This document shows, piece after piece, positions 36,242-50,110 of a stretch of DNA of 64,000 nt. Source of the DNA: Octopus sinensis (Eukaryota); contig NC_043012.1 of NCBI RefSeq assembly GCF_006345805.1, forward strand, positions 32,488,001-32,552,000, written 5' to 3'. The position numbers and the translations under genes were made by a program. The notes beneath the pieces are model-generated. The model searched no databases, was not told where the DNA came from, and saw only the letters and a program-made list of their open reading frames with translations. Position 1 is the stretch's first letter. Every line of letters begins with the position of its first letter.

Positions 36242-38575
36242 TGACTAGTGTCAACTTTAAAAGTGATACTAAAAGTTTTACAAGCTTATGACTAGTGCCA
36301 GCAACTGCAACTATTATTACAGTACAACATTATTAATCCTAACTTCAAAGAGAAAAATGAATCTGAAGACTATACTTGGACCTCATCCTGACAAAAAATC
36401 AAGGATGGATTTTGATTTCTATTGTAGGTTTCATGTCAGTAGCTGTTATGGCTGTTAAAATGGTGGAAATAAGAAGTAGGGTCCTGACTGACTTGAACAA
36501 TTCAATCTTTGTTCTTAGTTTTCATTTTTCTTTTTAAACTTAATCAGCAGCAAGTATAATAGGAATGGAAAATAATAAAACATTTTAATTATTGGTAAAA
36601 AAAAAAAATGACTTTCCATTTTCACAAACTTTTGTGAGCAAACTAAAAATATTACAGCGCGTCAATTAATCAAAGCTGTCGTGTTGAAGGTTATGTGTTA
36701 AATACAGAACTAGAATTAAACGTACCAAATTTTAGCAAGTTTTCTTTGACTTGATATGAAATTACTAAGCAAAATAATATAAGCTGACATGCGATGCATC
36801 ACATGTGAATAGAACCAGATGAGTGACTATTCCATGAATTAATCTGAGGTAGATCCATTAATACAATAGAGATTTATTTTCAAATTTGCCTTTAAACATC
36901 TTAAAATACCACACAAAGCACCAAATAGAAAAGTGGGGTCAAATTTTTAAGGTTTCTCTTATTTTATTCATTTATAAACATTAAAAGATTCAATATAAAC
37001 ACAAATAATCATATATACTTTGAAAAAAAAAACAAAAGAAAGGCTTTTTAATATTACTAATACTTATTCAGTAAGAGACTGAAAGTTAATAGTTACATAA
37101 ATATATTCATGTATTTTACATTTAAAAAAATGGTATATATATCTTTTAAAAGTTCCAAGTTCTCAGAAAATAATTACATCATGTTTATATTGAAGTTTCA
37201 AAACCAAAAAAAAAAAAAAAAAAGATATATAACTATGAATTAAAGCTGGAAAAACATGAATAATTTGGTTTTCCATGCTAGCATGGCTTAAATGTTACAT
37301 TGTGGGTAGGAGTGTAATTTTGCTTCCCACATTATCCATCATAAAGTCAGTTAAGTGGCAACCATAAATGATACCTCCATCTGTCAGTAGATGTAACAAA
37401 ATTATCACCTCAAATTGAAGCTTGTCTTAACATTTACTTTATCAATTAACTCCAAATTAAAAATGCATAATGAAATGTATTTTCTCAGTTAATAGTAAGA
37501 AAGTTGTCAAATGAAAATGACTAAAAATGTTTACCAGCCAGAGCACAGTCACCCACCTCTTTTATTTGAAGACAACTATCAAGAATTACATTTAATTTTA
37601 GTTTCAGCAATCAAAATGCTTTTATGAAGACAAAATCACAAAGTCAGCTTTGTTAATTAAACAAAACAGCAACAACATGAATAACAACAGTATACAGATA
37701 AAAAATTTGTTTCAAATACAAATATTAATTTATAAGGAAATGTGATGAAACAACCAAAATACAACATTAAATACAAAAATTTGTTGAGCTGATGGAAAAA
37801 AAAAATGTTTTGAAGTTGGAACTACATAACTAAAACAATGCTTTCACTTCCACTTAAGAGAAACATCAGCATATTTCAAACATTCACTATCTCAGATTAT
37901 CAGCTTAACCATTCTACTTTGTGTAATGATCTTTCAAAATATAACAGATGTCAACTACTTTCTAATGGTTGTAAGAAGTATTCAAGATAACATCACTGTA
38001 TACAACCAAAAGATCAGACTCGAACGTTCTCAGGTGAACTGCCTACACATAGTCGAAGAAATTAAATCACAATAATCATAATAATTACTATTGAGGATAT
38101 TCATGAGAAAACCATTATAGAAGAATTTAAATTACATATGCTGACACGTACAAGCACACACACATGCACACGCGCACACACAAGCTCAAATATTAAGCAG
38201 ATACTTCAATCATAAATCACACACAATTTTAGTACAATATAGTTAAGTCAAAGTTATAAATATATCATAGCAGCTCAAAGATAAAGACAATCAGATATTG
38301 AATATAAGATGCCAGCAGTAAAGACAAACACGTTTTATCAACTATAATGGTTGAATTAAAAAATTCCATGAATAATGTATCAAAAGACAGTTCAAATGAT
38401 CCAAGTAATGGATATTTCAATATATATTTACAGTCATTGGTATCCACTGTGTGTGAATGTAGTTCAACTTGGAAAGAACAGAGAGGGGTCGGTTGGGTAA
38501 AAATTAGACAGTAAGAAACACTCAATTGTGTAATGAGTGGGTTGCTTCACTTAAGTGTAGAACATAGTGAAGCGA

Positions 38576-38611
38576 GGGGGAGGGGGGTTGGCAGGGGCGC
38601 GGGGGGGAGGG
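38576..38611 (+). other. Canonical G-quadruplex motif
   Basis: G5-A-G6-TTGGCA-G4-CGC-G7-A-G3 in an otherwise very AT-rich stretch. Confidence 0.6.
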
Positions 38612-40479
38612 AGAACACACACAACCTTTTCAGTCAGTGCTATACAATATGCTGCCTTGCGAGCTGATCAACATCAAGAGAGCCCCCCACCCTGTACACC
38701 TTATGGTAGGAGAGGGTCATGACAAACAAAGTGTACCTTTCGTGGTAACACAATTCAGATTAACAAGGTACTTTATGGTGTTATGAATAACAAAAATAAC
38801 AATACAGAGAAAGAAGTAAACAACAACCTGAATAGACAACAAAGTCAACTTGATTAACCAAGCCCAGAATCATGAAAGATGAGAGGAACCGAACAGGTAG
38901 CCCCTCACAAATCATACACATTAACACACATATATACTAACATACATGCACAGATAAGGCCCAAAAATTAAAATAAAATTGTGAAGTAGCATGAGATTTC
39001 AAAGGGTAATAAAAAGCATGTTTTGTTTATATTATAATGCTGTTACTGTTTTCATAGTATTATTCCATTTGAAATATCATTGATTAAATTTTGATTAGAA
39101 TTTAATTAAATAGAATCCTTACACTGTTATTACATGTAGAATTATTAAGTATCAGCTTACTGAGAATAAAACTAAGAATCCCTACACTATTTTCAATATC
39201 AGTCTCTGATGTGATTAGTGTTTTACCAACTGTGATCCTTCAGACAAGTTATATAAAAAAAAAGAAGAAAAAAACACGGTGAAATGGTTGAGGTAACCAA
39301 GGTAAACTGATTGAGTTATTTTAAATGGAGAAGCTTGTTACTTTTGGGGCATATTTTGTGTGCATGTTTTAAAAAAAATATTAAATAAAATAGAAAAAAA
39401 GATAAATGATTTGTACAAAGGGAGGAGAAAGTTATGGAAGACTAGGACCCCTTTACCAATTGGAAATTACACGAATAAATGTGACAACATATTGAATACA
39501 TTTATAAAGTGGCAGTGATACTACATATGAAAACTATCCCTTTTTGGCTAAAAGGAAACCTTGAATGCATTAGCAAACATTACATTAAATAGACAAAAAC
39601 CAATTGATAAATACATAAATTTGAAACAGTTTACATAAAAATATATCAGTAACACCTTACTGAGAAGAAATTTGTGATGTATTTGTATTTTAAAACTAAA
39701 AAAAAAAAAAAATACAAACCCCTAAAATGCTGAAAAATTATATATATATATATACTGTATATTTATGCTACACACACACACACACATGTGAACCATACAT
39801 CTAAATATGCACACACAGAAGTAAAAAGGTAGTTATACACAAATAAAAGAAATAAAGAATATGATCTCCAACCAGCCTGGTGCTAGTCACATTCTTGCCC
39901 TTATAAATGTACTTTACTATTCTTTTCTCTGGTTATCATCAGCTGATGTTTCCTAGTACTTTAGTTACCTCTCCCTTCTCTCATTTTCCTTTTAACCCCT
40001 CCCCACTCATTCCCACTCTACCCTCATCAATGTGCACCCTTTTAAAGCTTGTATATTTGTAAACACTGCTGTGAAATATGCTTTAAGTCACATTCTTCTG
40101 ATGAAGGTGACATGACAACCTTATGGATCTATAAGAACTTGTGTTATTCTATACACCTACAATACTATTGGTCTTTTATGCTGTGATTATAGCATAAGAC
40201 ATGGTTCACCTGAAACAGCTGTCAAGATTACATAACTCTTGTTGTTTGTTTTGTATTCTATGTAAATATACTTATCAAGCTTACTTGTGTTTATCTGCCT
40301 TTTTACTTCCATACATACTCAACAGGGATTGTTCTTATAACCGACTTTTTACACTGGAAATACCTGTCTGGGATAAAAGAGTCGGAATTTGAGTTCTTAT
40401 TTATCTGAGCACTAGTTAGTGAATATTTATACCGTACTTGCTTTAGCATTGTCCAATAACTACCCTCTCTTTCTCATAA

Positions 40480-40520
40480 ATATATACACACACATACACA
40501 TAATACACACATGCATATGC

Positions 40521-40566
<46 letters not shown>

Positions 40567-40636
40567 TACACACACATAAATATACATGCATATGCATTAT
40601 ATATATACACATAAATATACATACATGCATATGCAT

Positions 40637-40675
<39 letters not shown>

Positions 40676-40743
40676 TACACACACATAAATATACATGCAT
40701 ATGCATTATATATATACACATAAATATACATACATGCATATGC

Positions 40744-40779
<36 letters not shown>

Positions 40780-40820
40780 CATACATGTGTGTACATATAT
40801 AACATGCATATATACATACA
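40480..40820. repeat. Compound (TA)n/CATGCATATGCA microsatellite
   Basis: Directly visible; source of the spurious ORFs 40419-40821. Confidence 0.9.
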
Positions 40821-42657
40821 TTATGAAAACGAAGAGAAAGATCTCTTGTTGAATAGTTTGTACATATCTTTTTTTATTAAAGAGGATTACTGGAATGTAG
40901 AAAAGAAAATTTTTTCTTTGATTGAATAAACTGCTAAAATTTATTTATAGTGATCAGTTCATTAGTAAAATAGTAATTAATATCAGAATCATCACATGAT
41001 AGGAAAACCAATATTACAACATAACATCCTTAATTACTGCACTACAAGTTCATAACTAACTGCGGTCTAATGTCTAAAGCCAAAAAGGAAAGTGTATGAA
41101 GAAGTTTTATCTGCTTTGTTTGTTGGGTGGATGATCAAAATGTTATACAATAAACAATGAAAATGGTTGTGAAACAAAACCTAAAAATGGAATTGAAATA
41201 AACAATAAAGACACAGAAACAGGAGGAAGTTGACAGGTGTACAATGGATAGCTTTCTTGAAATCTCAGACAAGAAAATCTGAAAGCATTGTGCTATATAC
41301 AGAGCTGTCAGATATATATTATTATCTGCAGCAAATTCAAGTGAAACATTTCAAGCACATACAATTTGAGACCTTCCTTTTTACCATAACTCAGATCTTA
41401 GTGCAACTTCAGTTTTAATACATTAGAATTTCTAATGGGTTTAATACAGAAACCAAGCCTTGTTTCTTTATATTTACACAGATTCAAAGATTTCAAAGAG
41501 AAATTCTTTACAAAATGTAATTCATATAATCTTGCTGTATATACCAAATATACCCCTCACCAATTACAGAATAATTATGTTAAGTTATAAACACTACACT
41601 ACAAGTTTTACTGAAGAACTCAAATATATATTTTAATGTCTACATATATTTAATTATTAAGGAAATTAACTTAATATGACAACACAATTCAAATATTTTC
41701 CAGCCCCTTTCCAAAATGCTAAAAATATGAACTTAATGTCAAAATTATACCACCCCATCTTGTAATATAAGAATTAATATATCTTATACATTTCCAGATA
41801 CTCGAAAATCTTACATGAAATTGTTAGATTCACCACTTCAGACTCAAACATGAATTTCCCTACTACAATGTTAGCAGATTTAAATAGGGGAAGAGGAGGA
41901 AATCTTTCTCTGGTAAAGGCGCCCTGTGAATGCTGACTGGACAGTTTAGGGTTCCACAAACAATTGAAATTTGTGTTTTTAAGACATCTATTCATTTCAG
42001 GTTTTGTTTTTGCTTTGTTTTTTTGCTTCCTTCTTTGGAAAGAAAAAAGACTTAATTTTTTTCAAATAATTAGTATTCTCTAATGCTGTTTTAATAGTAA
42101 GTTTTTCAAATCATCAGAGAAAATATCTAATTTATAAATGGACATTTCCAACAGATGAAATTTATTGAACTAATATTTATCAAGGTTCAAAGTTGTGTCT
42201 TTAGGGCTTTTTGCAAAGTAAAAACAGATTACTTTGTTAAATTAGAAATAATACTTTATAAGTTAAACGATAATCTACTTAGGATAGTTCTGACACGTTC
42301 AGTCATTTAGGTTAAAAACTGCACCAATAAATCAATTTAACAGCTTATAAAAAGAATCATAACAAAGAGACTTTTTGCTGAATATGCTTTAGAGTCATAA
42401 TAATTTGTTTAAAAAATTGTAAAACAAATTTCCCTTGAAAAACAAATTTTTAAGTTATTGAAGAGTTGGTAAATATTATTACATCTCAGTTATTATTCAA
42501 AAGAGACACACATGAAATAAAATTATAATAGATATAAAGTTGTGTAATTGAAGTGATTAAAATGTGGTAAAAAGAATCCTACATTTTCATAACTGCATAT
42601 TACAAGCAACTTGTAATCAAAGAAAATTTCAGGCAATTTCTTAATGCTAAAGAGATC

Positions 42658-42659
<2 letters not shown>

Positions 42660-42693
<34 letters not shown>
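42660..42693. repeat. (AAT)n microsatellite
   Basis: About 11 perfect AAT units. Confidence 0.9.
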
Positions 42694-42694
<1 letters not shown>

Positions 42695-45600
42695 TACAAT
42701 TATAAAACGGGGAAAAACAAAGATGTAATTGAAGTATCAATCATGACTAGATTTGTTGCCATGGAATAAATTTAAAAAATAGACCTTGTAAGTATTTTCA
42801 GCAAAGTTCGAAGTGTCTTACTGAGGTATTGAATGGTTGAAACAAAGCCCTATCACCAATAACATTTGAAACAGTCAACAAATCTAAGTCAATAATTATT
42901 GAACTAGCACCTTAATAGGTTGCTTCAGATGAAAGAGAAACTGTGAAAACTTGAGGCACAATATTAGATCCATTTGAATGCAAGATAACTAAACAAAAGA
43001 AGTGAATAAAAACCCTTCTAAAATGCAGGAAAGGAATAATTCTATTGATACCATTTTAATCCACTCAGAAGAGGAATCAGCCTAAGTCACTTACTCCCAA
43101 AAAATTTGTAAAAAAAAAAATTAAAAAAAAAAAAAAAATCAACAAAATGAAACTAGTTGAAAAGAAAACTTCAGAAAGATATATGGAAAAGAACTTGACA
43201 GGTTTAACTTTAAAACAAAATAATTTCAGGTTAATACCACTATAATAGATCTATATAAAAAATACTTGTGATATTGAATAACAAAGATATTTAGTTAGCT
43301 ATTTTCTTTTTCACTTAAATTCAACAACAGTAAAAGGTTTAAGTAATTGAAAGATATTTCAAATATCTGTTGAAGGCTGTATAAATAACTTTACCACATT
43401 AACCAAATTGACAGTCAAGCCCAGATCTTATTATATTCACAACAGTCAAACCTTTTCGCAGGGTATTATCATCACTGAATTGAAAATACATTATTTTTCT
43501 CTAAGAATAACAGCATTCTCCAAATTGAAAGAAAAGCTTTTACAAAAGCATGAAGGTATATCGTAGTGGGAAGAGTGTAATAAGGTTATACAACTGTAGA
43601 AGACAAATTGAAGAAAATGATAACCTCGATCTGTGTTGGACTGGAGTGTTACTTCAAACCCTATACAACATCAATCAGTTGATGACTAACACATGAAAAA
43701 TCACACAAATAGCATACTCAGTTTAGAAAATGTTGACAAAAGGAGTGAAAGATATTTTCCCTATGTTAATATTCCAAACAGGAAGTTACAAGAGCCATAT
43801 CATACACATAAAGCTGGAAGAAGGATGAAATAGTATAAATATCAATGAATTAGATTAGAATTTACTAACAGACATGAAAGATACATATGCTATATCAAAG
43901 TTTACGAGTTGGTTCATAAAAATACCATTATATGAATAATTGATAATAAAACTAAATATAAAAATGTACAACTGTAATCACCGGGATGTACCATCATTTA
44001 GTTTTTATCATGTTATTTTTTTAAGTATGCACAAAAAAAAAAAAAATTAAATAAAAAGCTAAAAATGCTTTTCTAAACAGTGCATGTTGATATTGAGCTT
44101 GGATTCTGGACATTCCATAGGGTTTTGTGTGTGTGTGTGTGTGAAATTTTTTATTTAATTATGTACAAGGATAAAGATAAAACCTTGTAAATTGCCCATT
44201 CTTCTCATCTTTTGTGTGCATGGATCATTAGAATACTTTAAAGTCTTACAGTGGAATGCAGCTTCAGAAATATGATTTTCAAACTTTACATCTTGTTCTT
44301 GTTGCTCTGTCTTCTAAATTTTATCTCATAACTAAATTTGCTGCAAGTGTTTTTTAGAACAACTTGCCCCTAGTGTAACCTATCAGTAAATCCATCATAT
44401 ATATACAATCAATTGAAGCATATGATAAACAAAAGACAATAATATCAGGAAAAATGTACAAAGAATATATACTAAATTTTAGTGTGTGTGTTATTTAATA
44501 TATCATACAAAAATTGAGTCTAAGACTGCTTGATTTTTGCAAAAAAACATCTTTAACTTCACTAAGATGTAACTGTATTAACATAGGATTTTCTAATACA
44601 ACTTTCATGGGTGAATTTCATATAAAAAGTGGCTCCATTACAATTACTTGCTGCAGCAAGAGGTGAATTAGCAGAAAATCACATAGAATATGGTGAGGTA
44701 TTTGGTCTGGATCTCTGTACTCAGAGTACAAATTTTTCCAAAATGCTAATGATGAAGGTGAATCATCTGACCACTGGACTACTTTGACCACCTTGTAATA
44801 GGCCAGCATGGACAAGTAGGCCTACAACTAAAGAAGAAAATATGGCAATGGCTTGATGAGACTTCATTTAGCAGTAAGTCAAAAATGACAATGGAAACAG
44901 CATGTATTCTGTATACAGACAAGATGAAGATTTTATGCAATCTAGGCTTATTTGCCAAGAAGAAATAATCAGCAACATCACATTACTCCTGGCTCTCTGT
45001 TCTGGCAGTGAATGAGCTTACTACAAAATCATAGGACCCAAATACTAATATCAACCTTAACGTTTAGAATCAACACCAATATCCAAAATACAGGTAACCT
45101 CAAAATCAGGAAATGGCTTTTATGCAGCAAATTCCAGCTAACCAATTTCATTGCAGCAGTGTAGCTCACAAATGATGTATCTCACACATACACAAAGTTA
45201 GTTCGTGATTTATTCAGAAAGAAGTTTCATAAAAAGAAACAAAAATATTTATACACACACACTCACACACAAACAGATCATATCCATTTAAAATAGATTA
45301 ATATTTTACAATAAGGGAGAGCTGGTTTGATGGCCATGACAACATCGTAGTTGTTGATTACATAAATATTAATGAGATGAAGGCATGAAATGAGAGCAGA
45401 GGAGGAGACACTTGAGAAAAATGATTTCCTCTTCTATATTTCTTATGTTTTGTTGCAACATTTACAGGAAGTTAGCAGCTTAGTAAGAAAATTCTATTAA
45501 CTACCCCATTGCATCTTTAGCACAGCATAAAGAGGTTGTAATAGATTTCAAAACCACAAAGGTACTAACCAGCAACTTTATTGAAACTAGCTGTATATAA

Positions 45601-47301
45601 ACTACAAGATTAGTTTACAGAGAGGGAAAAAAAAAGTTATTCTCCCATTCACATTCAAGAAGAATATCCAACTTTTAATAATACAAGATGTATTTATCTT
45701 ATTTGATTGCATTCCACAATTTTATAGTGCTACTGAATTCGGAATGTGTTCTATCATACATAACACATACATTACATTTATACTGATTACAACCAGAACG
45801 ATGAGAGAGAAAAACAACCAAGGAAAATCTCAAACAACATCAATATGAAAGAATGAAAGCTCAAAATAAATTAAAATTTCTAATCAATAACAAATAATAC
45901 TGGAAATTAGCAGTTGTAAACAACTATTTTATAGAAAAAAAAGGATTTCTATATTTGATGAATGAAATGAATGTAAGAGTGCGATGAGAGACAACCAATA
46001 CATGTGTATATATATATACTTCAATATATAGAGCATTGCAATGTTCTAGGTTCAAATGAAAGTAAGAATGATGGGAAACAGTCGATATATGTGTGCACTA
46101 TGGTACTTCAATGTTCTAGGTTCAAATGCTGTCAGGGTTAACATTGCCACCAAAATTTTGAAAGATTGATAATATATAAGAGTCACTATTGGAATTGATT
46201 CAATAGACTATGTACACCACATCCTGGCCAAACATTGGCCTTCTGATATCTATTATCTATCACAAATAGGAAAACTTTTAAGGAATTGATACTATAAATT
46301 CTTTCAAGAAATAAAAATGAGAAGTAAAACTAACTTCCTAAATTATATGCAATCTGAATTTCTAAAATTTTACATATCTAGCAATGAAAAAAATAAATTA
46401 ACAAACAAGTGAAATATAAACAACCCGGGGGCAGTTCATTATCATAATTCATAATTATCTCTGCAAATGCTGTAACCAAATATAAACTACTGCACAAGGC
46501 AGAAATAAATTGAAAACAGATGTCATTTATAGAAAATTACTAATTATATATATATATAGTTACTAAAGTTACATTTAAGAATTTCTCCATCTAAAGGACC
46601 CATAAGAATTTAAGTACCACAATTGAGAAATTAAAAAAATATATATATATATTGAGAATCAATTTAAAATGGAATTTCTAAGTGGAAGGAAAAAGAAATT
46701 TCAACACATGAACAGGAACATGAGAATGTGCATAATCTCTAACTTACACAGCTGTGATGGAATTTCAATAAACACAAATTCAATGAAACAACAGTCATTT
46801 ATATATAAATTGAAAATGTATATTCTTACAAATGATAAATCACACACTTGAAAATCTAAAGTATGGAACACAGATGAAATTTTTTTAAATCCCTATTTTC
46901 TCTTTTGTCAACCAACTGTCCAAGAAAAAGAAAAAAATTTCAACAGAAATGACGCTATTTTATTACTTTCATGCTAACCACATATCAAGTCTTTTAGAGT
47001 CATATAATTTTAAGAAACATTTAAGATGCTTATAATTATATAAAATCAAAAGCAATATGTATGTGAGGTATTTGACATGCCATATCATTATAATTAGTAA
47101 ATAAGCATGAGAAACTTTTAATGCTTTGCTCAAAAATTAGACAAATAGGGAAAAATCGAGTTATCCATTATAGTTCCATAAATACAAACAAAAAGTCACT
47201 TCTTTGAATTTTATCCTTAATTGTTAAGTAATTTAAAAAAGAAGCCTCTGAGGGCTTCTGACCATCTCAAAAAAGCAATAATCTCATAAGAAGGAGGATG
47301 T

Positions 47302-48339
47302 TTAAACAAAATTTGGTTTAGCTGGATACTGGCAACCATAGTGCTGAATGACAACTTTGGCAGCATAAAAACCACACCTGACACAATCCTGTACTGAGCG
47401 GCCAAGAACCCATTGGGACAAGAACCCACCAACAAAAGAATCCCCACAACCATTTGTATCTTTAATAAGATCATGGTCTACAGTTTCCACTGGATATTCA
47501 GATACTTTTCCTCCTTGTGCTACTATAGTGGGGTCCCTGCCCTGGGTGAAAACAACAATGCGCTCTCTTTCTGAATTAACTTTTGGCAATGCTGCCACCT
47601 GGAGCGCCATTTGCTTCAAGTCCTTATTTGGGAATCCCATTATAGAACAAAATTCAGCAGCTTCGTCACTGTTACCAAAAAGAATATCTATGTAAGGTAA
47701 GATATTTATTTTGGGGTCAGCAAACATACCGCAGAGGAAAGTCGCATGCAAGTTTATAACCATAGTCTTTTTATTCTCAGTACTATGATGTGCTAGGGCA
47801 AGAACTGATTCTTTACTAACAGGGAGAATAAACCCGCCAGCATAATAACACTGAGCAGCTTCTACTAACTTCCAGTTCTCAGGTTTTTTCAAGAAATCAA
47901 CGCAGAAGTGTTGGGCAGCCCCCAATTCTGTCACGAGTGATCGGTCTTCTCCAGTTATTATTGCCCCACAAACACCAGTTTGAACATCACTGTGGACTTG
48001 ATAGCGCACGTTCACACCAACATCAATAGACTTCTTTTTCAAAATCTCAGCATATTTATCCTGGCCTACACCACCAAAAAATGTGGTAGCATTTGGTTTC
48101 TGCAGAAGCCACTGTGCTACACGCACACTATTAAGGGTGGCACCTCCAGGTAAATATTCCGGTTTGTAATTTTTCACCATCTCCTCATAGAGAGGATGGT
48201 GAACTTCTGCAGCTATGATAGCATTGTTAGCTAGTAAACCATATTTATCGAGTAATGCGTTGTCTGGGCAAACAACAGTAATGTCAAGAAGAGGATTTCC
48301 AAGCCCAAGGAGAATTCCTTCGGATACAGTGTCAGCCAT
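47302..48339 (-). CDS. ADK: Adenosine kinase (pfkB/ribokinase family), single coding exon, 345 aa
   Basis: Collinear with animal ADK: GNPLLDI, GG.T.NS.RVAQW, TG.C...ITG.DRSL, PYIDILFGN..EA, RIVVFTQG, DTNGCGDSFVGGFL and a C-terminal P.KP.F. Kozak-like ACCAAAATGG. Confidence 0.97.
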   Translation of the reverse strand: MADTVSEGILLGLGNPLLDITVVCPDNALLDKYGLLANNAIIAAEVHHPLYEEMVKNYKPEYLPGGATLNSVRVAQWLLQKPNATTFFGGVGQDKYAEILKKKSIDVGVNVRYQVHSDVQTGVCGAIITGEDRSLVTELGAAQHFCVDFLKKPENWKLVEAAQCYYAGGFILPVSKESVLALAHHSTENKKTMVINLHATFLCGMFADPKINILPYIDILFGNSDEAAEFCSIMGFPNKDLKQMALQVAALPKVNSERERIVVFTQGRDPTIVAQGGKVSEYPVETVDHDLIKDTNGCGDSFVGGFLSQWVLGRSVQDCVRCGFYAAKVVIQHYGCQYPAKPNFV

Positions 48340-48378
48340 TTTGGTGGAGAAATTCTTCTGAAAATAGAGAGAAAAATA
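48340..48378 (-). promoter_or_regulatory. Splice acceptor 18 nt upstream of the ADK ATG
   Basis: Minus strand TATTTTTCTCTCTATTTTCAG|AAGAATTTCTCCACCAAA-ATG. The exon starts at 48357 and the 18 nt are in frame (KNFSTK). Confidence 0.8.
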
Positions 48379-50110
48379 TTATATGATAAACAGAATTAAG
48401 TATTATATCTACTTTGTACAATGTATATATATAATTCAAAAGTACAAAAACTTCCAACATATCCTTTTACCAGTCACATGACTGTGGCCATGCTGGGGCA
48501 CCACCTTTAAAGGTTTAATTGACTGTATTAACCCCTGGTCATTAATTTACCAACGTTTATTGAGCCACTAAGTTATAGAAAGATGTACAACATAATCACA
48601 GGCATACAGACATATACATATTTTATGAGCTTCTTTACTATTTCAGTCTAATAATTTCCACCCACAAGGTATGGGTTAACTTGAGGCTATGGGAAAGACA
48701 TTTGTCCAACTTTTTAATGACTAAAAGAAAAAAAAAACACATGCACTCTTCCTCCAATATGTAGAGATACTCATCTATTGCACAAACCGTATGCATTTGC
48801 ATGAAATGCATAGCAAGGTTCTAAAATAGTAAAGACAAAAACAAAACAGTCTGAAATAGCTACCTTACAACAACCTACATAATGAGAACCAGATTCTGGT
48901 ATAATGTAACATGGTAAGAAATACTCCTTTAGCTATACTAAACGTTGAAGAAACTGGTTCATTATATTTAGAATAAAAGGCTGGTAAAATGTCTTGTCAT
49001 GCACACAGTTGTTCCCATTTCCTAGCTCTTGTCATTTGTAATGAAAACAAATTAAAAACTGAACTGAATGCAAACTAAAAAATAGACAATTCAAACGGAA
49101 ATGTTTTTGAAATTTAACAGGTCATAAAATTGGCTTCCTTACGTATAACAGTTTCAAATTTCCTGTGTTCAAATACAGCATAGTTACTACTACAACTGAT
49201 ATGTCAAACATTATATAATCAGCATAAAATAAATCTAAAGGGAAAAAAAATCTACAACGAAATTTATGTGTGTATATACATATACACATTATGTAATCAA
49301 CATAAACTGAATCTAAAGGGATTTAATCAACAGTGAACTTTCTGTGTGTAAATACATATACATCCATAAATAGATGTATGTATTGTATGTATACAATATA
49401 CTGCATATATATTTTACATAGAAGAGATTACATGCAAAAATAAACATTATGTAACAATATTAGATTATGGACAGCAAAGTTAGTTAAACATGCTTCACGG
49501 TGAGTGTTATAAAGGATGAGAAGCATTAAAAAGTTACTTCAATAAAATTATGCAGTAAGAAAAAAACAATACTCATCAATGACTAATTAATTATTCTAAC
49601 AATTATAGGAGACACTTCCCCAGCCAGACAGGTTTCGGATTTATTTCACCTTTTCAGTGAATTAAATAAATATTTCTCCAAAACCTATCAGCATAGAAAC
49701 AAATATAGATGAACTGAATAACAACAATTTTGGATGAAAGGCTTAAATCACAGTCAGAATTATTCTACATATAACTTAAATATATTGCTGTTATAAAAAA
49801 ATTATTAACATTTAACTATTTTTAAATATCTTAAACCTAACTTTTTGAAATTAATCCTTGAATATCAACTGAAATTTTGAATTTTGTTCTTTACATAAAT
49901 TTTTGCTTATATATTGCCTGTTCTTGAATATATATCTTAAAAATCAAACTAAAATTTTCAGAAGCAACATTTCCAATAACTTAGGAATCTAGGAAAGTTA
50001 AAGATTATCCTAAACTAAAGAAACCAAATTTGATGGATTGCAAAATGGATATGTATTTTGAATATGAAGGAAAAAGTTAGATGGTAAAAGAAAGAAAGCA
50101 AAACATTTAC

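Noticed and set aside
38640-38725. SECIS-like element (minus strand ATGA-stem-AA loop) that could recode the upstream UGA as selenocysteine
   Set aside because: The 3' arm is not followed directly by the GA needed for the kink-turn quartet, and ADK is not a known selenoprotein. A SECISearch run would settle it.
47302-48339. Intronless ADK as a bacterial horizontal transfer or contaminant
   Set aside because: The protein is collinear with animal ADK along its full length, has a spliceosomal acceptor upstream and sits among host SINEs.
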